The notes under the pieces: model-generated
Seen by the model: only the letters and a program-made list of their open reading frames with translations
Databases searched by the model: none
What the model was told of the DNA's origin: nothing
Shown here: positions 47,637-57,076 of the stretch, piece after piece
How positions within the stretch are numbered: the stretch's first letter is position 1
Layout: every line of letters starts with the position of its first letter
Source of the DNA: Oceanobacter mangrovi
Lineage (GTDB): Bacteria; Pseudomonadota; Gammaproteobacteria; Pseudomonadales; Oceanobacteraceae
Assembly (NCBI RefSeq): GCF_019740315.1
Contig: NZ_JAHXZR010000002.1
Location: forward strand, 1 to 64,000
Direction of reading: 5' to 3'
DNA: 64,000 nucleotides
Position numbers and translations under genes: made by a program

Positions 47637-48817
47637 AGACGTTGCTCCGCAGGTACATGGCGGTCGAGTGCCACCAGCAGCCGGTCAATGTGCTGGCTCT
47701 GATGGGCAGCGGTAAGGGTAATACGCAAACGGCTGCTGCCTTCTGGCACGGTGGGGGGCCGAATAGCCGTAACCCAGATGCCATCGGCTTCCAGCGCGGC
47801 ACTGATTGCCAGAGTATCGGTTTCCGGGCCAACCATAAGCGGCTGGATCGGTGAGTCAGAAGCCATCAGATTCAAACCCAGTTCACTGGCGCGCTGGCGG
47901 AAATAACGGATCGAGTCATGCAGTTGCAGCCGCAGCTGATCGTTTTTCATGCGTTCGAGATTGGCCAGCATCGCCGCTGCAACGGCCGGTGGCAATGCGG
48001 TGGTATAAATGTAGGGACGGGCGAACTGCACCAGATAATCCATGGTCGCTTCGTCACCGGCGGCAAAGGCTCCAAAACCGCCAAGCGCCTTGCCCAGCGT
48101 ACCGATATACAGCGGCAGTTCAGCAGCACTCAAATCGAAGTGATCGCGGACGCCAGCGCCGTGTTGACCCAAAACGCCAAGGCCATGGGCATCATCAATC
48201 ATCAACATGGCATTCTGTTGCTGGCACAGCTGGCTGAGCCGGGCGACATCGGCAAGGTCGCCGTCCATGCTGAAAATACTGTCGGACACGACCAGTGCCA
48301 TTTCCTGCTTGCGTTGTTCTAACTGGCGTTGCAGCTGGTCGTAGTCGAGATGGCGATAACGCTGGAAATCGGCCCTGCTTAACAAGGCGCCGTCGATCAG
48401 CGAGGCGTGATTGAGTTTGTCCTGCAGAATCAGGTCGCCACGCTGGGTCAGTGCATTGATACACCCCAGATTGGCCATAAAACCGGTCGAAAACAGCAAG
48501 GCACGGGGGTAACCCGTATGGGCGGCCAGTGCCTGTTCCAGTTCATCATGGACACTGGAATGGCCACACACCAGATGCGAAGCGCCGCTGCCGAGGCCCC
48601 ATTGCAGCGCCGCCTTGGCAAGGTCTTCACCGGCCTGATTGGCCAGCCCCAGATAATCATTGCTGCAGAAGTTCAGCAGCGTCCGGCCATCCTGTTCTAC
48701 TTCAATCGCTTGCGCCGATGCCAATGTACGGCGACGGCGCCATTGATTAGCCTGCTGCCGTTGCTGATTGGCGCTGGCAATACGTTGTTGCCAGATGGGA
48801 GTAGTGGCGTTGGCCAT
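47633..48817 (-). CDS. bioF: 8-amino-7-oxononanoate synthase BioF (PLP-dependent)
   Basis: AONS family signature (FCSNDYLGL...; SxSKALG PLP-lysine region TLGKALGGFGA). Confidence 0.85.
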   Translation of the reverse strand: MANATTPIWQQRIASANQQRQQANQWRRRRTLASAQAIEVEQDGRTLLNFCSNDYLGLANQAGEDLAKAALQWGLGSGASHLVCGHSSVHDELEQALAAHTGYPRALLFSTGFMANLGCINALTQRGDLILQDKLNHASLIDGALLSRADFQRYRHLDYDQLQRQLEQRKQEMALVVSDSIFSMDGDLADVARLSQLCQQQNAMLMIDDAHGLGVLGQHGAGVRDHFDLSAAELPLYIGTLGKALGGFGAFAAGDEATMDYLVQFARPYIYTTALPPAVAAAMLANLERMKNDQLRLQLHDSIRYFRQRASELGLNLMASDSPIQPLMVGPETDTLAISAALEADGIWVTAIRPPTVPEGSSRLRITLTAAHQSQHIDRLLVALDRHVPAEQRL

Positions 48818-48871
48818 GAATAAACCTTGTGGAATTCGTCAGCATCGACACTAATCCAGCATCAGCACAGG

Positions 48872-48913
48872 TCAATCAGCATGTGACGCCGGGGTTTACT
48901 GGTGCTGATTGAT
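48872..48913. promoter_or_regulatory. 10-bp-arm inverted repeat in the bioF/bioA divergent intergenic region (candidate operator)
   Basis: TCAATCAGCA-22 nt-TGCTGATTGA. No E. coli-type BirA bioO sequence was recognised. Confidence 0.3.
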
Positions 48914-49037
48914 ACCACTCTGGTTAGATTTTCGGGCGCTGTAGTTGCCTTGGTTGCGCTTTCGATCTGCGGATCGTCACAGATTTGCGGTAGTCTTGCC
49001 GGCAATTGAATTCTGAACGATTTGCCGAAGGTACAGC

Positions 49038-50393
49038 ATGTCTGATTCCCGTTCTGCTGGCGGTTTTTCCCGCAGCCCAAGCTACTCACCACTGGATACC
49101 CTGGCGTTTGATCGTCAGCACATCTGGCACCCCTACAGCTCCATGACCCAGCCCGGTCCGGTGTGGGAAGTGGTCTCGGCACATGGTGTGCGGTTGCGGC
49201 TGAAAGATGGCCGTGAGCTGATCGACGGCATGGCGTCCTGGTGGTGTGCGGTGCATGGTTACAATCATCCACGCCTGAATCAGGCCGCGCGCGAGCAGCT
49301 CGATGCCATGTCGCACGTGATGTTCGGTGGTCTGACTCACGAACCGGCGGTGGAACTGGCCAAACGTCTGGTGGCACTGACGCCTGCCGGGCTCGACAAG
49401 GTGTTCCTGGCGGATTCGGGGTCTGTGTCGGTCGAAGTCGCGATCAAGATGGCGATTCAATACCAGCATGCCCGTGGGTATCCGCAGAAGCAGCGTTTGC
49501 TGGCGCTGGAGCGTGGCTATCATGGTGACACCATGGGCGCCATGTCGGTATGTGACCCGCAGCGCGGCATGCACCATCTGTTCGCAGGCATGTTGCCACA
49601 GCAGTTGTTTTTGAAAGAGCCGCAGGTTTGTTTCCCTCGTGATGATGTCGAATTCGATGCTGAGCAGCTGGATCGGGACATCGCCGCGTTACATGAAAAA
49701 CTCAGCCTGCATCACCACGAACTGGCAGCGCTGATTGTGGAGCCAATCGTGCAGGGCGCCGGCGGTATGCGCTTCTATCATCCGGACTACCTGAAAGCTG
49801 CGCGGCTGCTGTGTGATGAGTTTGACGTACTGCTGATCGCTGATGAAATCGCTACCGGCTTTGGCCGTACCGGCAAGCTGTTCGCCTGTGAACATGCGGA
49901 TATCAGCCCGGACATTCTGTGTGTCGGTAAAGCCATCACCGGCGGTTACATGACCCTGGCAGCCACGCTGGCGACGACCCATGTGGCGGAAACCATCAGC
50001 AAGGGCGAAGCCGGTTGTTTTATGCACGGGCCAACCTTTATGGCCAACCCACTGGCTTGCCGGGTGGCCTGCGAAAGTATTGACGTGCTGATGCAATCTG
50101 GCTGGCAGCAAAAAGTCGAACGTATTGCCGCCGGTTTGAACAAGGGGCTGGCGCCATTACGAGGCCATGCTGGTGTCAGGGATGTACGCGTGTTAGGTGC
50201 GATTGGGGTGGTGCAGCTGGAGCAGCCTGCCGAACTGGCCAGACTGCAGCCGCTGTGCGTTGAGCAGGGCATCTGGATTCGCCCATTTGCCGACAATGTC
50301 TACGTGATGCCACCGTTTGTTATGAGCGAAGAGGACCTTGGCAAACTTACCGACGGACTGGTGACGGCGGTGCAGACCTATTTAAAAGGCTGA
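49038..50393 (+). CDS. bioA: Adenosylmethionine-8-amino-7-oxononanoate aminotransferase BioA
   Basis: Class-III aminotransferase with BioA-specific N-terminus (HIWHPYSSM...PVWEVVSAHGVRLRLKDGRELIDGMASWWC). Confidence 0.9.
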   Translation: MSDSRSAGGFSRSPSYSPLDTLAFDRQHIWHPYSSMTQPGPVWEVVSAHGVRLRLKDGRELIDGMASWWCAVHGYNHPRLNQAAREQLDAMSHVMFGGLTHEPAVELAKRLVALTPAGLDKVFLADSGSVSVEVAIKMAIQYQHARGYPQKQRLLALERGYHGDTMGAMSVCDPQRGMHHLFAGMLPQQLFLKEPQVCFPRDDVEFDAEQLDRDIAALHEKLSLHHHELAALIVEPIVQGAGGMRFYHPDYLKAARLLCDEFDVLLIADEIATGFGRTGKLFACEHADISPDILCVGKAITGGYMTLAATLATTHVAETISKGEAGCFMHGPTFMANPLACRVACESIDVLMQSGWQQKVERIAAGLNKGLAPLRGHAGVRDVRVLGAIGVVQLEQPAELARLQPLCVEQGIWIRPFADNVYVMPPFVMSEEDLGKLTDGLVTAVQTYLKG

Positions 50394-50526
50394 TTACTGC
50401 GCTGGCGGGATCAAATTTGCAGCAACAAATCATACTGCTGGTGCAGTGATGCTGTCGTAAGGATACGGTATAGTCAGCGCCGCCTGGTAATTGGCCGGGC
50501 GGAATTGCTAATCAGGAGCCGTTGAA

Positions 50527-51003
50527 ATGCGCTTGAAGTTGCTGGCTGGTCTGTTGCCACTGTTATTGGCAGCACCAGTTGCCATAGCCGCAGAAAATCC
50601 CTCAGCAGATGAGGTAAACCGGGTTTTTTCCTATATCTACGAAGGCCAGTATCCGCTGTTGCTGGAAGCCAAGGCCTGTAGTCAGGTGGTGAGAGGCGCT
50701 GATAATGCCGCCCAGTGTGCTGGCGAGCTGGACACCAATCGTATTGTGCAAGGCTCGCGGCCATTGCTGTGGATGAGTTTCCTGGTTCCCAAACAGGCGG
50801 ATGCGGAAGTCCGTATGAGCTTCCGTTATGAAAGCCGACCGTATCCGCACACCTTGCTGAAAACCGCCAAAGGCATGCGTTATCGGGTCACCCGATATCT
50901 GGAGACGGCGCATGTTGGCCGCTGGCAGGTGGAGCTGAGCCAGCTCACGGATCACGGTTTCGAGCCGATTGCGACCATTCCCTATACCGTGGTGGCTCAT
51001 TGA
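50527..51003 (+). CDS. Secreted hypothetical protein (signal peptide)
   Basis: MRLKLLAGLLPLLLAAPVAIAAE signal peptide. 158 aa with 2 Cys. No family recognised. Confidence 0.45.
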   Translation: MRLKLLAGLLPLLLAAPVAIAAENPSADEVNRVFSYIYEGQYPLLLEAKACSQVVRGADNAAQCAGELDTNRIVQGSRPLLWMSFLVPKQADAEVRMSFRYESRPYPHTLLKTAKGMRYRVTRYLETAHVGRWQVELSQLTDHGFEPIATIPYTVVAH

Positions 51004-51020
51004 GTCGAAGTAACGCCCTG

Positions 51021-52853
51021 TTAATCCCGATCCAGCAAATACGACATTAATACCCGCAGCTTGGCCGGTTTGACCGGCTTGTTGAGGCGGGCTGCGCCGA
51101 GTTGCTGGATTTCCTGACGCACTGGATCGCTGCGATCGGCGGTGATCAATACCGTCGGGGTGTAAAGCATATCTGGATGTTGCTGGCGCAGTTGGCGAAT
51201 CACTTCCGTGCCGGTTTCACCATGATCGAGATGGTAATCAGCCATCACGATATCTGGCTGGAACGACAGCCAGGCTTCGTGGGCAACTTCACCATTGCTG
51301 GCGGTAATCACCTGACAGCCCCAGGCTTGCAGCAGGCTTATCATGCTGACCCGAATACTTTCCTCGTTATCGATCACCAGCACCCGGGCGCGGTCAAATC
51401 TGGGTTGCAGGTTGCCGATTAATGGCAAGGTATCGGCCTTTAACGGCTGTTCGGTAGCCTGATTGGGCAAGTTCTCCAATCTTGGCACCCGCACTGAAAA
51501 GCGGCTGCCAACACCGACCCGGGAATCGACATACACCTGATGCCCTAACATGCGGCTGATTCGTTCGACGATGGCCAGCCCCAGGCCAACCCCTTTGCTG
51601 CGGCCCTTGGTGGCGTTGTCGAGCTGACGGAATTCGCGGAAAATTTCAGCTCGCAGGTGCTCGGCGATACCGGGGCCTGAGTCCGCCACCATCAGCTCCA
51701 GCTCATCCCCCTTGCGACGGCAGCCAATCAGTACCCGGCCAGACGGCGTATAACGAATGGCGTTGCTGACGAAGTTACGCAAGATGCGCATCAACAAACG
51801 GGAGTCGCTGCGAATCCTGTGGTTGCTGCCAACCATGCGCAGTTCCAGCCCGGCTTGTTCGGCAACCGGCTGAAATTCGCTGAACAAGGGCTGCAGCAGT
51901 TCGGCGACGGCAAACTCTTCGACGTCGGGGGTCACTGCGTTGGCGTCAAGGCGGGAAATATCCAGCAGATCTCCCAGTAATTCCTCCGCCCCGCCGAGCG
52001 CGGTGTGGATGCGTTCGACCAGTATCTGATTATCCGGGCCTAATTGCTTTTCCTGCAGGGTGGCCACCAGCAACCGAGCGGCGTTCATTGGTTGCAGCAG
52101 GTCGTGACTGGCGGCAGCGAGGTATTTGTCCTTGCTGAGGTTGGCGGCTTCGGCTTCCTGTTTGGCCGCTTCCAGCTCCCGGGTGCGTTCGGTGACGCGT
52201 TGCTCCAGCTCGGTATTGATGCGAGCCATGGCAGCCTGGGCGCGTTTGCGTTCGGTAATATCGTAGACAAACACTTCCACCAGGCCCTGGCTGGCGTCTT
52301 TTAACAGCACGTTGATGGAAACCGGCACCGGTTCCTGAGCGTTGTTGCGCTTGAAACGGGTTTCAAATGAGCGGATCGAGGAATGATCGAGCAGATCTTC
52401 CATCAGACGGTCGAAATCATCGGCAACATCAAACAGGTCATCGCGCACCGAGTGCATGGCGCGCAGAAATTCTGTGGCATTGCGATAACCACAAATGTGC
52501 GCCATGGCCGGGTTGGCGTTACGAATACCATCATGGGTGCTGGCCTGAAAAATACCGTGCAGGGCGTTTTCAAACAGCCATTGATAGCGTTCCTTTTCGA
52601 CTTCCAGCTCGTCGATTTTTTCCAGTAATTCGGGGTAATAACTCTTGCGGGCAGAGAAGGCTCCCAGCCCGATCAGGCTTTGCACCAGCGTATTGTCTTC
52701 CTGATTTTGCTGCTCGCTGTAGTGCGTTGGCTGCCGTACGGCGCTGTCAGGTTGTTTGGTTTCAGCCACCGCCTGACGCTTGCGTGGTGGTGCACCAGCG
52801 CTGCCAGTGACATCGAATGGCCATCCCGAGCCAGCCTCAAAGGGCTTCTTCAT
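51021..52853 (-). CDS. PAS-domain hybrid sensor histidine kinase/response regulator
   Basis: HisKA H-box AASHDLLQPMNAARLL; HATPase (GLGLAIV); C-terminal REC (VLVIDNEESIRVSMISLL...DYHLD). Start at MKKPFEAG overlaps the Fe-ADH stop. Paralogue of 59662-62286. Confidence 0.8.
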   Translation of the reverse strand: MKKPFEAGSGWPFDVTGSAGAPPRKRQAVAETKQPDSAVRQPTHYSEQQNQEDNTLVQSLIGLGAFSARKSYYPELLEKIDELEVEKERYQWLFENALHGIFQASTHDGIRNANPAMAHICGYRNATEFLRAMHSVRDDLFDVADDFDRLMEDLLDHSSIRSFETRFKRNNAQEPVPVSINVLLKDASQGLVEVFVYDITERKRAQAAMARINTELEQRVTERTRELEAAKQEAEAANLSKDKYLAAASHDLLQPMNAARLLVATLQEKQLGPDNQILVERIHTALGGAEELLGDLLDISRLDANAVTPDVEEFAVAELLQPLFSEFQPVAEQAGLELRMVGSNHRIRSDSRLLMRILRNFVSNAIRYTPSGRVLIGCRRKGDELELMVADSGPGIAEHLRAEIFREFRQLDNATKGRSKGVGLGLAIVERISRMLGHQVYVDSRVGVGSRFSVRVPRLENLPNQATEQPLKADTLPLIGNLQPRFDRARVLVIDNEESIRVSMISLLQAWGCQVITASNGEVAHEAWLSFQPDIVMADYHLDHGETGTEVIRQLRQQHPDMLYTPTVLITADRSDPVRQEIQQLGAARLNKPVKPAKLRVLMSYLLDRD

Positions 52854-54000
52854 AGACGACCTCAACGTCACGTTTGTTCGACTTGCGCGGGTTGGTGAGG
52901 ATGCAAGGGTCAGTAATGGCGTTACCTGACAACGCTGGAATATCGGCCATGCTGACACCGGCTTCTCCCAGTGTCTGGGTCAGCCCAAGCTCGGTTTTGA
53001 GGTCACGAATATGAGTCACCAACGCCTTTTGCAGCTGGGGTGTCGACAGCTGGCGGGTGTCGATCCCCAGCGTGTTGGCAATGACCTTGAAGCGGTCGGG
53101 AGCGGCACTGAAATTAAAATCGACGACTCGTTCAATCAGAATCGAGTTACAGAGACCGTGAGGCAGGTCGAGAAAACCGCCCAGACTGTGCGACATGGCA
53201 TGTACCGCGCCTAGAATGGCATTGGAAAATGCCAACCCGGCCTTCAGCGACGCCAGCATTAGCTGCTCGCGTAATGCCACATCGTTGGGGTTCCTGATCA
53301 GGTTTGGCAGATTGGTGGAGACCAGATTGATGGCTTCCAGCGCCATCGAATCCGTCAGCGGCCCGGAGGCGGTAGACACAAAAGCTTCAATCGCATGCAC
53401 CATGGCGTCCACACCGGTACAGGCGGTCAGGAATGGGTCCATGGTGAGGGTTGTTTCCGGGTCGATCAGGGTTACGTCCGGCACCACCGCCTTGCTGACA
53501 ATCGACACCTTCATACGGGTGTCCTGATCCGAAATAATCGCGAACTGGGATACGTCGGCCGAGGTGCCGGCTGTGGTAGGGATAAACACCAGCGGCGGAA
53601 TTGGCGAATGAATGCGGTCGACGCCTTCAAACATCAGAATATGCTGGTTATTGGCCGAAACAATGCCAATGCCCTTGGCGCAGTCCATCGGGCTGCCGCC
53701 ACCGACGGCAACAATCAGGTTGCAGCCTTCTTCGTTATAGAGACGGGCTCCCGTCATGACTTCTTCAGCACGCGGGTTGGGGCTGACGCCCGCAAATACC
53801 CGGTATTCGATAGCAATTTCATCCAGACTGTCCTGCACATCCTTGACCCAGCCACTGGCGATCACACCAGGGTCGGTCACGATCAGCACCCGCTGGGCGC
53901 CAAAGTTGCGGGCAAAATTACCCACGGCCTTGCGGGCACCAACGCCAAAAATGATTTCCGGAGCGACAAATTTGCGGAGGCTGGAGATGCTGGTAGTCAT
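52837..54000 (-). CDS. Iron-containing (group III) alcohol dehydrogenase
   Basis: Fe-ADH signatures (GGGSPMDCAKGIGIV; His-rich metal site HAMSHSLGG). 387 aa. Confidence 0.85.
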   Translation of the reverse strand: MTTSISSLRKFVAPEIIFGVGARKAVGNFARNFGAQRVLIVTDPGVIASGWVKDVQDSLDEIAIEYRVFAGVSPNPRAEEVMTGARLYNEEGCNLIVAVGGGSPMDCAKGIGIVSANNQHILMFEGVDRIHSPIPPLVFIPTTAGTSADVSQFAIISDQDTRMKVSIVSKAVVPDVTLIDPETTLTMDPFLTACTGVDAMVHAIEAFVSTASGPLTDSMALEAINLVSTNLPNLIRNPNDVALREQLMLASLKAGLAFSNAILGAVHAMSHSLGGFLDLPHGLCNSILIERVVDFNFSAAPDRFKVIANTLGIDTRQLSTPQLQKALVTHIRDLKTELGLTQTLGEAGVSMADIPALSGNAITDPCILTNPRKSNKRDVEVVYEEAL

Positions 54001-54144
54001 ATTGTTGTTATTTTGATGTAGGGATTGGCAGCAAGTTATACCGCGAATCGGGACAGCGCAAACCCCACGGGGAAATTTGATCCGTTAGTCTAGTGAGATT
54101 CGTTCGCAGGTATTGGTTTGTACGCTGTTTATACAGCTTTTTCC

Positions 54145-54187
54145 GAACGACATTCAGAACGACGACTCGAACGACATCCCGAACGAC
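54145..54187. promoter_or_regulatory. Array of four GAACGAC heptamers at exact 12-bp periodicity upstream of the Fe-ADH/hybrid-kinase operon
   Basis: GAACGACattcaGAACGACgactcGAACGACatcccGAACGAC, located 145-190 bp upstream of the Fe-ADH start codon. Confidence 0.35.
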
Positions 54188-54221
54188 AATGCGCGATTTG
54201 ACCGCCATGAGGATGGGAATC

Positions 54222-54291
54222 GGGCAAGGCATGCCTTGCCCCTACGAAAGTGAATCTTGTATCACCTTCGCAGGGGCTCGACATGTCGGGA
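54222..54291. repeat. REP-like triple-hairpin element, copy C
   Basis: GGCAAGGCATGCCTTGCC + CCCTACGAAAG-loop-CTTCGCAGGGG (compensatory changes maintain pairing) + CTCGACATGTCGGGAC. Confidence 0.6.
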
Positions 54292-54309
54292 CAGCGGATT
54301 GCGCTGCCA

Positions 54310-56484
54310 TCAACCTGTTGCGATCAAGGTGTTGGTTTCTTCTTTATTAGCAGACTGCCGCTGTTGCCGTTGGGCCTTTTTCTGCTCGGTGATACTGCTG
54401 ACGCACTGCTGCGGATCGTGCAGGATCACCACGCATTCCAGACACTGAATGCACTCGTTGTAATCGATTTCACCGGTCTTTTTGATCGCCTTGATTTCGC
54501 AGCGATGGCTACAGAGCTGGCAGGGCGTGCCACACATATCGACCCGGTCGAGCCAGCTGAACAGCCGCAGTTTCCCCAGTACCGCCAGCCCGGCACCCAG
54601 TGGACACAGGTACCGGCAGTAGAATTTATGGATAAACATGCTGCCGACCACCAGGGCCACGGCATACAAGACAAATGGCCAATAACGATCGAAGTAGAGG
54701 GTGATACTGGTTTTGAAAGGCTCGATTTCTGCCAGGCGTTCGGCCAGTGTCAGCGAGCCAAAGGCAGTGGCCACCAGCCCGAGCAGAATCGGGTACTTCA
54801 GCAGGATCAATTTGCGGTGAATGGTATCTGGCACCTTGTACTGTCTAAAACCCAGCTTTTTACCGAGCCAGGAAGCCATTTCCTGCAAGGCTCCAAACGG
54901 ACACAGCCAGCCGCAGAACAGCCCGCGTCCCCAGATAAACAGGCTGACAAAGGTGTAGCTCCAGAGGATAAAAATCACCGGGTCGAGCAGGAATATATTG
55001 AGGTCAAAGCCGTCGACGATGTTGAGGAACAGGGTGTAGATGTTCACCACCGACAACTGTCCCTGAGCGTAAAAACCGAGATAGAAGAGGGTGAAAAACA
55101 GGAAGCCCCAGCGGAAACGGTGCAGCAGTTTCGGAAAACGGGTGAGATAGCGTTGCCAGACGAACAGCGCCGTCAGCAGCACCAATGCGATACTGACCAG
55201 CGTGATCGACAGCCAACGATCTTTCCACAGTCCCACCCATAAAGGTGCACGCTGGTTGGCGCTGTCGTCCACTTCAATAAATTCAAACAGTTCGGGAGGG
55301 AAGGAGACCGGCGCTTCGAAGTGGGCATGGTCAGTGACCAGGTGGTTGCGCGGTAGTTGCAGGTTCAACACCAGCTGGCTGGGGGCGCCCGGGTTAAAAC
55401 CGGCGTTGCCGCCGACTGCAAACAGGTTGGCCTGTTCAAATTCCGGCAGCCCGGCAACCTGTAACTGGATGGTCCCCCCCAGGGCGTTCATATCTCGCAT
55501 TTCGACCGACAGACCACCTTGTTCCAGTGCTAATCGGCTTGGCACTGTGCCGGGTTTGAAGTCGTCTGGCACATGGGTAAACAGGCCGTTAGACATCACC
55601 ACCATGACCTGTTGATCCGGTTTCAGTGACGCCATCAGCTTGTTGTAGCCATCGTCACCCAGCAGGTTGCGGCCAATCGACGGCGCATTGATATAGCTGT
55701 ACCAGATTTCACTGAAGGCTTCATCCGGGTCGGGTTCACGCAGCGACGGGTAACTGTCGAGACTGGTACCCAACGCCCGTTCTGCGGCGTTGATGTCCAG
55801 GCGCCAGTGATCGACATAACCTTTATCCAGCAAGCCTTGCCAATCGAGCGGCTGATAGAGATCCATCAACGCTCGGGCCGCTGGCGGCTGGGCAAATCCT
55901 TCAAGCTTGTGGCGGGCAACCTTGAGTGCCGACGACAGTACAACGTCGTTGATGATTATCACCGACACCGTCGCCTTGGAGACGCCGTCGAAATACACCA
56001 CACCCTCGGTGGTGCTGCCATCGCCCTTGCTGGAATCAATCACAATATGGTCGGTGAGTGAGTTGCCCTGGTACTGGCCAACAAAGTCCAACAGCGGCTG
56101 CGGGCCAAGCCCATGCAGAAACACAGGTTCGTGGTGATCCAGCACCCTGACGCCCACAAATTCCCCAATCGCCGAAATACCAATCAGCAGACTCAGGGGC
56201 TTGCCCGAGAAGCCGGGCAGGTCGCTGATATCGCGGGATTCATAAGCATAGCCAAGCAATTCGTTGAGCTGGTAAACCGGATAAACCGGGTAGTCGGCTT
56301 GCTTCGGCTCTATGCGGGTCGCCTTGGGAAACAGCTGCTGAATATGCTGTTCGATGGATAGCTGTGGCTGAGCCTCATCGCTTGCCTGTGCCGGAGCAAC
56401 CGGCAGACACCAGAGTAATAACAGAATTGGCAACCACAGCCAGACACCATCGTGACGGACTGTCAGTTCCTTTAACGCCGACAT
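54310..56484 (-). CDS. NosR/NirI-family membrane-bound FMN-binding polyferredoxin regulator (orphan; no nos/nir structural genes in the window)
   Basis: Signal/TM, periplasmic FMN-binding-type domain, multiple TM helices, NapH-like CxxxCP motifs (CGWLCPFG, CRYLCPLG) and a C-terminal 2x[4Fe-4S] ferredoxin (CQLCSHRC...CIQCLEC). Start at MSALKEL with GGGAG RBS. Confidence 0.65.
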   Translation of the reverse strand: MSALKELTVRHDGVWLWLPILLLLWCLPVAPAQASDEAQPQLSIEQHIQQLFPKATRIEPKQADYPVYPVYQLNELLGYAYESRDISDLPGFSGKPLSLLIGISAIGEFVGVRVLDHHEPVFLHGLGPQPLLDFVGQYQGNSLTDHIVIDSSKGDGSTTEGVVYFDGVSKATVSVIIINDVVLSSALKVARHKLEGFAQPPAARALMDLYQPLDWQGLLDKGYVDHWRLDINAAERALGTSLDSYPSLREPDPDEAFSEIWYSYINAPSIGRNLLGDDGYNKLMASLKPDQQVMVVMSNGLFTHVPDDFKPGTVPSRLALEQGGLSVEMRDMNALGGTIQLQVAGLPEFEQANLFAVGGNAGFNPGAPSQLVLNLQLPRNHLVTDHAHFEAPVSFPPELFEFIEVDDSANQRAPLWVGLWKDRWLSITLVSIALVLLTALFVWQRYLTRFPKLLHRFRWGFLFFTLFYLGFYAQGQLSVVNIYTLFLNIVDGFDLNIFLLDPVIFILWSYTFVSLFIWGRGLFCGWLCPFGALQEMASWLGKKLGFRQYKVPDTIHRKLILLKYPILLGLVATAFGSLTLAERLAEIEPFKTSITLYFDRYWPFVLYAVALVVGSMFIHKFYCRYLCPLGAGLAVLGKLRLFSWLDRVDMCGTPCQLCSHRCEIKAIKKTGEIDYNECIQCLECVVILHDPQQCVSSITEQKKAQRQQRQSANKEETNTLIATG

Positions 56485-56929
56485 AACGACTCCCGATTTG
56501 TTGTTCTTATTGGTTTGCAGAGTTTGCAGGGAATCATTCGATGCTAGAGCCGGGCGGCACAAACTCAATGCTTCTTTGGGGTTGGTCAGGGCGCTACCAA
56601 AGCGGTAGATGGCGGGCTGGTCGCGCAGGTCAGGGAACTGAGAAGGTGGGCTCTCACCGGTAAAGGCGCTCTGGTACACGAGCTCTGATACGTTAGATAG
56701 CAGCTTTCTAACAGCTGTTTCATGACTTAACTGACAGCTTTACCGCATTTCCAGTACTCAGGGAGTAGGGACGAAGACTTTGGTGTGAGGAAGCCAATGC
56801 ACCAAAGGCGAGCAACCAAAGAGCGCGCCAATGCCAATGAAGGAAGCATACCGGCCAGCCGCTGCCGCAGGGATAGTGAAGCAGTTGTTCAGGGCTCGTG
56901 TCCTGCACCGCTTCAGAGTGTTCCTGTTT

Positions 56930-56958
56930 GGGGTGGGCGTAAGCCCACCCCCTTTTCA
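56930..56958 (+). terminator. Strong Rho-independent-type terminator on the + strand in the NosR-like/porin divergent region
   Basis: GGGGTGGGC-gtaa-GCCCACCCC followed by CTTTTCAT. No annotated + strand gene ends here. Confidence 0.4.
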
Positions 56959-57076
56959 TATACAGACATCTGACCCGGCGGGCGCACGGGTTTGCTGAAG
57001 TTAGCCGGACGGCTGGCTGTGGCAAACAGGGCAACACTTCTCCTGAACACAACAACAACACAATCAGGGTTAGACA

